From assembly GCA_964531655.1 (NCBI GenBank), contig CAZHDM010000003.1, positions 185,712 through 249,711 on the forward strand: a stretch of DNA of 64,000 nt. The letters run 5' to 3'. Origin of the DNA: an uncultured Flavipsychrobacter sp. (GTDB lineage Bacteria; Bacteroidota; Bacteroidia; Chitinophagales; Chitinophagaceae). The notes beneath the pieces were generated by a model. It was not told the DNA's origin, searched no databases, and worked only from the letters and a program-made list of their open reading frames with translations. Each line of letters starts with the position of its first letter. Position 1 is the first letter of the stretch. A program made the position numbers and the translations under genes. Positions 44,359 to 52,481 of the stretch are shown here, one piece after another.

Positions 44359-45750
44359 CTATCGTATTTCAGGAATGTTTATCCCTGTTATCTTTCTGTA
44401 TAGATCTATGGCGTAAAGGTCTGTCATACCCGATATAAAATCGACCACCGATTGAATATCATGGTACAGCTTATCAGGCTCACCCGAAACAGGGAACTGT
44501 GTAGATACCAGCTTCAATATCTTTTTAGACTTAGGCTCTTTAGGGTAGAGTACTCCTTTCACCATTTCTTTCAGCAAGCCGCCTATAACGTTGTAACCAG
44601 CTATCTCTATCTCTACTACAGATCTGTAGTTGTATATGTACTTAACTGAAAAATCGTTGATGGCATCAATGAGTTTTTGCTCTTGCTCAGGCAGACACTT
44701 CATCAGGTCATGCTGTAAGGTACCACTCAGCAAGGCTTCTTCATTATCCATAAAAGCTTTTGACAGCTTCTCTATCATTAACCCAATCCAGCGGGCACGT
44801 ATGTACTGTACTTTCTGGTTTGCATCTATTATCTGCCCTACCTTCTTCTTTACATAAGACAAACTATTGTAGCCCTCACCCTCTTCAAAAAATGGGTAGA
44901 ACAGATCTTCTATCTGCTGTATGCTTACGATGTGCAGCCTGTGCGCATCTTCCATATCAATTATTCTGTAGCAGATATCGTCTGCCGCCTCTGTTAGGAA
45001 TACAAATGGATGACGTGCATAGACAGTACCAAAATCAGGATGCTTTGGTATACCCAACGTATTAGCTATAGCATTAAAGATCTGTTGCTCACTATCAAAG
45101 TAGCCTGACTTCTTAGTAGCTATCTGTCCTGTGCTTTTATTAAATCCTTCTTCTGAGCTACAGGGATATTTTATGATGCTTGCCAGTGTAGTATAGGTAA
45201 GGTTATACCCTCCAGTCACCACTTCGTTGAAGTTATTAGTAAGTACACGCAGTGCATTCGAGTTACCCTCAAAGCGTTCAAAGTCTAAACGCTGGTTGGT
45301 GGTAAGTTGCTCGTGTATCAGTTCTTTATCTGCACCTTCCAGCTCTGTAAAGAACGTGCGTATCGCATCCTCACCCGAATGACCAAACGGAGGGTTACCT
45401 ATATCATGCGCCAGACAGGCAGCAGCTATTACTGATGCCAGCTCATATTTATAGAACTCGTGAAACTCCTCAGTCTCATCGATATACTTTTCTGTAATTG
45501 CCTCACCTACTGCTTTACCTAAAGAGCGACCTACAGAGGCTACCTCCAGACTATGAGTGAGCCTGTTGTGAACAAATACAGAGCCCGGCAGCGGGAAGAC
45601 CTGAGTTTTGTTTTGCAACCTGCGAAATGCTGAAGAGAAGATGATCCTGTCATAGTCTCTCTGAAAAGATGTACGTATCTGGTCTGAGCTGATCTTCTTC
45701 TGCTCAGTATCTCCGCTACGCATAGCACTATATAGGCTGTTCCACTGCAT
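44359..45750 (-). CDS. dgt: dGTP triphosphohydrolase-family HD phosphohydrolase
   Basis: RLTHSLEVASVGRSLG and HDIGNPPFGHSGE (HD domain). 463 aa. Ends 2 nt before queA. Confidence 0.85.
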   Translation of the reverse strand: MQWNSLYSAMRSGDTEQKKISSDQIRTSFQRDYDRIIFSSAFRRLQNKTQVFPLPGSVFVHNRLTHSLEVASVGRSLGKAVGEAITEKYIDETEEFHEFYKYELASVIAAACLAHDIGNPPFGHSGEDAIRTFFTELEGADKELIHEQLTTNQRLDFERFEGNSNALRVLTNNFNEVVTGGYNLTYTTLASIIKYPCSSEEGFNKSTGQIATKKSGYFDSEQQIFNAIANTLGIPKHPDFGTVYARHPFVFLTEAADDICYRIIDMEDAHRLHIVSIQQIEDLFYPFFEEGEGYNSLSYVKKKVGQIIDANQKVQYIRARWIGLMIEKLSKAFMDNEEALLSGTLQHDLMKCLPEQEQKLIDAINDFSVKYIYNYRSVVEIEIAGYNVIGGLLKEMVKGVLYPKEPKSKKILKLVSTQFPVSGEPDKLYHDIQSVVDFISGMTDLYAIDLYRKITGINIPEIR

Positions 45751-45816
45751 ACTTCTCGGTTCTTATGATCCTATTGGTTGTAATAATTGCCCCTAAAGAT
45801 ATTATAATGCATTTTT

Positions 45817-45824
45817 GTGCAACC
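45817..45824 (+). promoter_or_regulatory. GTGCAACC motif copy 1 (preceded by ATGCATT), upstream of the TonB-dependent receptor
   Basis: ATGCATTTTTGTGCAACCTTTTT, with the 8-mer ending 40 nt before the ATG at 45865. Confidence 0.3.
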
Positions 45825-45864
45825 TTTTTACGGTTTTTTTGTCTAGCATGCACAACTTTTACTT

Positions 45865-48303
45865 ATGAGAATTGCGATTGCTTTTTTATTGATTCTATTC
45901 AGTAATCATGTATTTGCTCAGAACATCGGCCCTACAGGTGTCATCACAGGGGTTGTAAAAGATAAAAATACTCAGGAGCCCATACCCAGTGTGAGCGTAT
46001 CTCTGGAAGGTACCCAAACGGGTACGGTAACAGATATAGACGGAAAGTTTACCATAGACGGTATAGAACCAAAATCGTACAACGTACGCATCAAATCTAT
46101 TGACTACAGGCCCGTAACCTTGTATAATATTGTAGTGACCACGGGTAACTCAGAGATATTGGAGATAGAGCTGGAGCCTAACACCATCAACCTGAATACG
46201 GTGGTTATCAGAAGTAATCCTTTCAGAAAGTCGGCAGAGTCACCACTATCAGTACAGACACTATCCGCACAAGAGATAAAAAGTAACCCCGGTGGTAACT
46301 TTGATGTATCTCGCGTGATACAAGCCTTCCCCGGTGTAGGCGGAACATCAGGTTCTGTAGGTGGTTATCGCAATGACCTCATCATACGTGGTGGTGCACC
46401 TAATGAGAATGTATATTATCTGGATGGTATAGAAGTGCCTATCATCAACCACTTTGCTACTCAGGGTAGTGCAGGTGGGCCTACGGGCATTATTAATACT
46501 ACTTTCATTAATGAGGTGAATCTATACACCTCTGCATTTCCTGCTAAGTACGACAACCCGCTATCAGGAGCGTTGCAACTCAACCAGCGTAAAGCCAATC
46601 CTGAGCATGTGCAACATAACGTAAGGCTTAGTGCTACAGAGCTGGCTTATTCAGTAGATGGTCCTATAAAAAAAGACAAGGTCACTTTTTTAGCCTCCGC
46701 CAGAAGATCATACCTACAACTATTATTTAAAGCACTGCAAATACCTATACAGCCATCGTATTGGGACTTTCAATACAAAGTGGATTACAAGATCAACAAG
46801 AAACTTACTTTCTACACATTAGGTATCGGGGCGATAGACAACTTCAGCTTTATTACTCCTGATGAGCTGACCCCTGAAAATGTGTACACCATAAAAAGTA
46901 ACCCTACCATCAACCAGTGGAACTATACTAATGGATATGGATTGAAGGGGCTGACCAAGAACGGTTACTGGAACCTGACTGCCAGCCGTAATATGCTGAA
47001 TAACGAGCTGGATCAGTTTGAGGATAATCAAAACCCGAAAGAGAGTGAGCGCATACTGAAAATACGATCGCAGGAGATAGAGAATAAAACAAGGTTTGAG
47101 CTGAATAAATATTTCCCTAGATGGAGCTACAGCTTTGGGGTGATGGGTCAGTACGATAAATTCAATAATGATTATTATACCCGCATCAGGTCGGAACTGA
47201 GAGACCCAAGTGGTAATCTGATACAGCCGAGTGTAGCCTTACAAGGCAGTACTGCTATAGACTTCTTCAGATACGGGGTTTTCGGTCAGGCAGCGGTGAA
47301 GCTATTGAAAGAAAGGCTTGATCTGTCATTAGGTATTCGTACCGATGGTAATACATTTACTACTACTGGCAATCAGATACAAGACCGTATATCACCAAGG
47401 CTGGCAGCATCATTACTATTAGTGAGAAACCTGAAGTTCAATGCCTCGGTAGCACGCTATTATAAAATACCACCGTATACGGTACTTGGCTTTCAGCAAG
47501 GTGGTGTCTTCGTAAATCAGGATGCAGACTATATTCAGAGCGACCATTTGGTAGCAGGGTTCGAATATTTACCGAAAGAAGATACGCGCTTTACTCTGGA
47601 AGGTTTTTATAAGAAGTACAACAACTATCCTGTATCGCTTACCGATGGTATATCTCTTGCTAATAAAGGTGGAGACTTTAGCGTACTGGGCAATGAGAAC
47701 ATTACCACTACAGGGCTGGGCAGAAGCTACGGTGCCGAGTTTCAGTTTCAGCAAAAGCTCACTAAGAACTTTTTTGCGATACTCTCTTATACCTATTACA
47801 TCAGTGAGTTTACGAACAGCACAGGTATTTATGAACCTGCCTCTTGGGATAACAGGCACTTACTATCGTTCATCGGTGGTTACAAGTTTAAAAGGAATAT
47901 TGAGCTGGGTGTGAAGTTCCGTTATCAGGGAGGCGCACCTTATACACCGCTTGACCCTGTTGCATCTCGCAGGAATTACCTGACCACAGGAAGAGGTGTA
48001 GCGGACAATACGCAATTCAACGATGCTAGGCTGGCAGCATTCAATGCAATGGACATCAGGGTAGATAAAAAATGGAACTTTAGAAAATGGTCGCTGGATA
48101 TATTTCTTGACGTGACCAATGTATATGGTAGTGCACAACCGCAATATCCTCAATATACTTTTGAGCGTACTCCTGACAATAGCGGTTTTGCTACTACCGA
48201 CGGTCAGCCTGTACGTGCAGATGGTAGTAATGCTATACCATACATCATTGATGATTCTGACCCTGTGATCATACCAACGATAGGTTTTATTATAGCCTTT
48301 TAG
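45865..48303 (+). CDS. TonB-dependent receptor with an N-terminal carboxypeptidase-regulatory-like domain
   Basis: ITGVVKDKNTQEPIPSVSVSLEGTQTGTVTDIDGKFTI, a plug region, and a C-terminal aromatic residue (...IIAF). Confidence 0.85.
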   Translation: MRIAIAFLLILFSNHVFAQNIGPTGVITGVVKDKNTQEPIPSVSVSLEGTQTGTVTDIDGKFTIDGIEPKSYNVRIKSIDYRPVTLYNIVVTTGNSEILEIELEPNTINLNTVVIRSNPFRKSAESPLSVQTLSAQEIKSNPGGNFDVSRVIQAFPGVGGTSGSVGGYRNDLIIRGGAPNENVYYLDGIEVPIINHFATQGSAGGPTGIINTTFINEVNLYTSAFPAKYDNPLSGALQLNQRKANPEHVQHNVRLSATELAYSVDGPIKKDKVTFLASARRSYLQLLFKALQIPIQPSYWDFQYKVDYKINKKLTFYTLGIGAIDNFSFITPDELTPENVYTIKSNPTINQWNYTNGYGLKGLTKNGYWNLTASRNMLNNELDQFEDNQNPKESERILKIRSQEIENKTRFELNKYFPRWSYSFGVMGQYDKFNNDYYTRIRSELRDPSGNLIQPSVALQGSTAIDFFRYGVFGQAAVKLLKERLDLSLGIRTDGNTFTTTGNQIQDRISPRLAASLLLVRNLKFNASVARYYKIPPYTVLGFQQGGVFVNQDADYIQSDHLVAGFEYLPKEDTRFTLEGFYKKYNNYPVSLTDGISLANKGGDFSVLGNENITTTGLGRSYGAEFQFQQKLTKNFFAILSYTYYISEFTNSTGIYEPASWDNRHLLSFIGGYKFKRNIELGVKFRYQGGAPYTPLDPVASRRNYLTTGRGVADNTQFNDARLAAFNAMDIRVDKKWNFRKWSLDIFLDVTNVYGSAQPQYPQYTFERTPDNSGFATTDGQPVRADGSNAIPYIIDDSDPVIIPTIGFIIAF

Positions 48304-48343
48304 TAGATAAGCGTATTACGTTTTCATTATGAGGTATGCATTC

Positions 48344-48351
48344 GTGCAACC
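48344..48351 (+). promoter_or_regulatory. GTGCAACC motif copy 2 (preceded by ATGCATT), upstream of the PNPOx-family gene
   Basis: ATGCATTCGTGCAACCTTCTG, 47 nt before the ATG at 48399. Confidence 0.3.
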
Positions 48352-48398
48352 TTCTGTAAATCTCTGTGTTATTCAATCAAATAAAAAAGTAACACACA

Positions 48399-48908
48399 AT
48401 GGGAGACGTAAAGAATTTATACGGTGAAGATGCTATCAAGAAACTAAAAGAAATGGCAGAAGACATTAATATATGTATGTTCTGCACCGAAACTAACGCT
48501 ATTCCTTTTGCTACCAGACCTATGAGTACGCAAGAAGTAGATGAAGAAGGAAACTTTTGGTTTTTTAGTGGTAGAGAAAGTCATAAAAACCAAGAGATAA
48601 AACAAGATGACGATGTACAACTGATATATGCTGACAATGGAAACAGTGAATATCTATCAGTAACGGGTAAAGCAGACATCTTCAAAGATCACAGCAAGAT
48701 AGAGGAGCTTTGGAATGGGCTGGCAAAGGCTTGGTTTGAAGAAGGTAAAGATGACCCTGAACTAACTTTGATAAGAGTGCGACCTACAGAGTCTCACTAC
48801 TGGGATACTAAAGACGGCAAAATATTGTCTATGCTTAAGATAGCTATATCTGCCGCTACTGGAGCAGATATGGACGGTGGTATAGAAGGCACAGCAAGAG
48901 TGCAATAA
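48399..48908 (+). CDS. pyridoxamine 5'-phosphate oxidase-fold general stress protein (GSP26-like)
   Basis: 169 aa. Pattern ...NICMFCT...FATRPMS...FWFFS...HYWDTKDG is typical of the family. Confidence 0.7.
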   Translation: MGDVKNLYGEDAIKKLKEMAEDINICMFCTETNAIPFATRPMSTQEVDEEGNFWFFSGRESHKNQEIKQDDDVQLIYADNGNSEYLSVTGKADIFKDHSKIEELWNGLAKAWFEEGKDDPELTLIRVRPTESHYWDTKDGKILSMLKIAISAATGADMDGGIEGTARVQ

Positions 48909-48930
48909 AGATCACAGCAAACAACTATTA

Positions 48931-48962
48931 AAAAGCTGAAGCGGACTGCTTCAGCTTTTTTT
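48931..48962 (+). terminator. rho-independent terminator
   Basis: AAAAGCTGAAGC-GGACT-GCTTCAGCTTTT followed by TTTTT. Confidence 0.85.
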
Positions 48963-48981
48963 ATGAAAAAAAATTATCCTC

Positions 48982-48989
48982 GTGCAACC
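48982..48989 (+). promoter_or_regulatory. GTGCAACC motif copy 3, upstream of the T9SS-cargo/ECF sigma cluster
   Basis: TCCTCGTGCAACCCTTTC, 85 nt before the ATG at 49075. Confidence 0.3.
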
Positions 48990-49074
48990 CTTTCTTTTCA
49001 AGCTGCATTTATGTGGATGTAAATGATTCTATAGAGCTCGAGCTATACTATCAAACACATAAAATGATATAACA

Positions 49075-50064
49075 ATGAAAAGACTACTTATATATACGAT
49101 AACCACAGCTTTATTGATAATAGGGAATAGTGCGCTTGCTCAAATGCCCTATAATGTACAGGTAAGAACTGAGGCATATCAACCTCTTGAAAATGCCGTT
49201 AGCCTGAATGAAAATAAAATATGGGATGAAGAGAAATACTCTATTCCTCTCGGCTTTACTGTGGAGATAGGAGGTGTAGCTACTGACACCTTACATCTGA
49301 AATTTGACACCATGCTTTCGCCCGATAGTGATACTAACATCATCAATGCACTGTTCTTTTTAGGTACCGACCTGGCTGACAGAGGTATGGTGGACAGCGT
49401 AGCGTCAAGATCGCCTATCAGGTATAAAATAACAGGGACAGAAGGGAACCATATCTTCAAGCTGGAATACTTTAATGCGGGTTTTTATGATGAGTATGAC
49501 CTGTATACTACGATGAATGATTCTGCAAACGTACAGGTATGGTTGTACGAAGCAGGTAATAAAGTAGAGTACCACTTCGGACCTTCAAAGATCACTACAC
49601 CTATTCAATACTTCTATTTTGGTGAAGGACCTATGGTAGGGTATGCAGATAGCTTTGTAAGCAATACGGGTAATGGCATGATATATATACTATCAGGTCA
49701 AACACAACAACCAACCATCGATAGCTTTAATACAAATTATATAGGAGACCTTTTGACACACTACCCTGAGGACGGTACAGTATATGTACTCACTCCGAAG
49801 CCGCTATCTGTAGCTATGGCAAAGAAGTATGGTGATGTAAAAGTGTACACTACCTATGCAACAGATCGTATCCACATAAATATTGGTAATAGTAAGGCAA
49901 GTGAATATATAATCGTTTCTACAGCAAGCGGGCAGGTATACGGGCGTGGGTCTGTCTTAAACAAACAGAATAGTATCGACATATCGTCATTTAGTAGTGG
50001 GATGTACCTACTTAATATCCTTACTGAAGATGGTGTACTATCTTACAAGTTTGTAAAACGATAA
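49075..50064 (+). CDS. secreted protein with a T9SS C-terminal sorting domain
   Basis: Signal peptide. The C-terminus SIDISSFSSGMYLLNILTEDGVLSYKFVKR matches the Por secretion tail pattern. Confidence 0.7.
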   Translation: MKRLLIYTITTALLIIGNSALAQMPYNVQVRTEAYQPLENAVSLNENKIWDEEKYSIPLGFTVEIGGVATDTLHLKFDTMLSPDSDTNIINALFFLGTDLADRGMVDSVASRSPIRYKITGTEGNHIFKLEYFNAGFYDEYDLYTTMNDSANVQVWLYEAGNKVEYHFGPSKITTPIQYFYFGEGPMVGYADSFVSNTGNGMIYILSGQTQQPTIDSFNTNYIGDLLTHYPEDGTVYVLTPKPLSVAMAKKYGDVKVYTTYATDRIHINIGNSKASEYIIVSTASGQVYGRGSVLNKQNSIDISSFSSGMYLLNILTEDGVLSYKFVKR

Positions 50065-50091
50065 TAGCAGCAGAACCATACTAACAACAGA

Positions 50092-50655
50092 TTGGCAACT
50101 CGCACAATACATACTACTCAGGAGCTTGAACTTATAGACGCATGTAAGCAGGGCAACCGTATAGCACAACGCAAACTATATGACGACCATGTTGACTATA
50201 TGATGATCACTTGTCTGCGCTATGTACGCAATCGAGAAGATGCTAAAGAGGTGATGCTGGATGGTTTCTGTAACGGGTTTAAGAATCTGGACAAGTTTGA
50301 ATACAGAGGTGGCGGCAGTTTGAAAGCCTGGTTAAAGAAAATAATGATCAATCAGTGTCTTATGTTTTTAAGAAAGAGCAACGTGCTGCAATATGCAGAA
50401 GAGCCGGAACAGCATAATGAACCCGCAGTGGCTACCGATGCTATAAGCAGGCTAAGCATTAAAGAACTGATGGAAACCATACAACAGTTACCTGACGGAT
50501 ACAGAACAGTTTTCAATCTGTATGTAATGGAGCAATTAACACATAAAGAAATAAGTAAGCTGCTGAGTATATCTGAGAATACCTCAAAATCGCAATTGCA
50601 TAGAGCGAAGAAAATGCTACAGCAACACATTTTACAAAACACTAAAACTATCTAA
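50092..50655 (+). CDS. ECF-type RNA polymerase sigma-70 factor
   Basis: Region 2 (RKLYDDHVDYMMITCLRYVRNREDAKEVMLDGF) and region 4 (LPDGYRTVFNLYVMEQLTHKEISKLLSISENTSKSQLHRAKKML). TTG start; there is no suitable in-frame ATG. Confidence 0.85.
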   Translation: MATRTIHTTQELELIDACKQGNRIAQRKLYDDHVDYMMITCLRYVRNREDAKEVMLDGFCNGFKNLDKFEYRGGGSLKAWLKKIMINQCLMFLRKSNVLQYAEEPEQHNEPAVATDAISRLSIKELMETIQQLPDGYRTVFNLYVMEQLTHKEISKLLSISENTSKSQLHRAKKMLQQHILQNTKTI

Positions 50656-50657
50656 CA

Positions 50658-51314
50658 ATGGGCAAAGACCTTGAACAGCAGATGAGAGACAAAATGGAGC
50701 AGGGGAAGCTGGATGACATCATGCCTGACTTTGATAAGGATATGGCATGGGAGGACTTGTCGGCAAGGCTACCCGAGCCCAAAAAGAAAAGGCCTGTGAT
50801 AGTCTGGTGGACACATGCTGCAGCATTGATAGCAGGTATACTACTAGGTGGTGTTGCACTGAAGATGCTACTGCAACCACAAGTAATAACTACAGAACCG
50901 CAAATAGTAACGGTTGAAAAATATCAAGAGCCGGAAGTAGTAGTTAAAACTGATACGGTTTTCATTACAAAGGAGATAAGAACTGCGCCTGTAGAGAGCG
51001 TAGTAACTCCTGAAAGAAAAGAAAACGTAGTGATCGCAAAGCAACAAGATGATGAAGTAAAAGAAGTAGCGCCACCGAAAGAAGAGGTACAGCACCAACA
51101 GAAGGATGTAGTAGTACAAACCAAACCTAAAAAGGTGAAGCCTGTACACCTACTGGATATGGAGAATGAAGACCGTAGCACAGCACTATATCATAACGAT
51201 CCTGCTGCAAAACAAAGATCTGGTTTTGTATTTCAGATAAACCCTGATAAACTACCAGATGCTAATACTAACCAATCACCAACATTGATAGGCATTACTA
51301 AAAAACGTAACTAA
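50658..51314 (+). CDS. putative single-pass anti-sigma factor (non-canonical)
   Basis: Begins 2 nt after the sigma gene. One TM segment (WWTHAAALIAGILLGGVALKML) and a charged Val/Lys/Glu-rich periplasmic tail. No HxxxCxxC or FecR motif. Confidence 0.5.
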   Translation: MGKDLEQQMRDKMEQGKLDDIMPDFDKDMAWEDLSARLPEPKKKRPVIVWWTHAAALIAGILLGGVALKMLLQPQVITTEPQIVTVEKYQEPEVVVKTDTVFITKEIRTAPVESVVTPERKENVVIAKQQDDEVKEVAPPKEEVQHQQKDVVVQTKPKKVKPVHLLDMENEDRSTALYHNDPAAKQRSGFVFQINPDKLPDANTNQSPTLIGITKKRN

Positions 51315-51315
51315 A

Positions 51316-52479
51316 ATGAATACTAAAATATATTGTTTGTTGTCTGTCATGCTACTTGCTGTAACTACAGCGTGGGGGCAGCCACAACTAAAGAAACCGA
51401 TAAAGACTGAAGAACAACTTAAGCAAGAATTGTTTGAGCTGGATAAGTATCAATACAACCATACATTCAGAGCTAACTTGCCTGATGATAACTTTCTCAT
51501 AGTTGATTTTTATAAGCTGAGCTATTGGCATGAAGAAGACTTGCTGCCACTTATGTTTGAAACAGCTGCAACTGTGGCGCAAAAAGTAAATGACTCTTTT
51601 AAAAGTCTGATCACTTCTAAACGTATAGATGTACACTTGCCAGTGAAGAACAGGCCAATAACACTCAGGTTAAAAGAGCATGATGATGGTAGTGATATGA
51701 TCACGCTCAACTATGACCAGCAAGCCCCGCTAAAGCTAGGTATGGATACTATCAGAATATTAAAAACAGTAGTGAGTAAAGAGGATGATAAAGAAGCACA
51801 GAAAATACAATACACTTTTGTGTTGAAAGATATGGCTGATATAGCGACGCTGGCAAAAGACACTAAATTAATAGAGCGTGTAACAGCAACTTTTGATAGC
51901 ATTGTCAATAACAGAAGAGAACATTGGTCTGCGCAGGATGTATGGTACCATAAAGTGAAAATAGACTATTCGCCTACTGTTTTAGAAAAGGAGCATCAGC
52001 TGGATGTTGACTATAACAGACCGGGATTTTTCAACGGGCTCGATGTGGACTACTATATTGGTGTAGGTGTATTCAGAAATACTGTAGCACCATATCTGGA
52101 AGTAGGAGCATCATATAAATGGGTAGGCAAGAACCCTGTACAATATAGCTTCGTAAAGCTATCTACTTCTACCATGCCGCTATTTGAAAGATTAGACCAA
52201 GCTACTTACAATATTTATCAGTTGAGTTATGTCAACTTAGAGATAGGTACACTTATTAATAAGACAGATACCTGGATACCATTATACGAATCGTCAGTAG
52301 GTTTTGGATATCTGTTTACAGACCATCCTTCCATATTACCTCATGAAGGTGGTAAGATGTTCTGGAACTTTAGCTTATCGCCGACAGTAAGAATAACACC
52401 TGAGATATTCTGCCTTTTCAGAAAAGGACAAGATAACAGAGTGTGGCCGGGCGTAACGCTGAGTCTTAAGTTCTTGTAG
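51316..52479 (+). CDS. hypothetical secreted protein, C-terminal half beta-barrel-like
   Basis: Signal peptide AVTTAWGQ. Alternating hydrophobic pattern toward the C-terminus, ending ...GVTLSLKFL. Starts 1 nt after the anti-sigma stop. Confidence 0.5.
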   Translation: MNTKIYCLLSVMLLAVTTAWGQPQLKKPIKTEEQLKQELFELDKYQYNHTFRANLPDDNFLIVDFYKLSYWHEEDLLPLMFETAATVAQKVNDSFKSLITSKRIDVHLPVKNRPITLRLKEHDDGSDMITLNYDQQAPLKLGMDTIRILKTVVSKEDDKEAQKIQYTFVLKDMADIATLAKDTKLIERVTATFDSIVNNRREHWSAQDVWYHKVKIDYSPTVLEKEHQLDVDYNRPGFFNGLDVDYYIGVGVFRNTVAPYLEVGASYKWVGKNPVQYSFVKLSTSTMPLFERLDQATYNIYQLSYVNLEIGTLINKTDTWIPLYESSVGFGYLFTDHPSILPHEGGKMFWNFSLSPTVRITPEIFCLFRKGQDNRVWPGVTLSLKFL

Positions 52480-52481
52480 GT

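Noticed and set aside
44359-45750. The dGTPase as an anti-phage nucleotide-depletion defence gene.
   Set aside because: It sits 2 nt upstream of queA in a run of housekeeping genes. Its composition matches its neighbours and there are no mobile or defence genes around it. It looks like the conserved cellular Dgt-family enzyme. Only phylogeny could separate the two classes.
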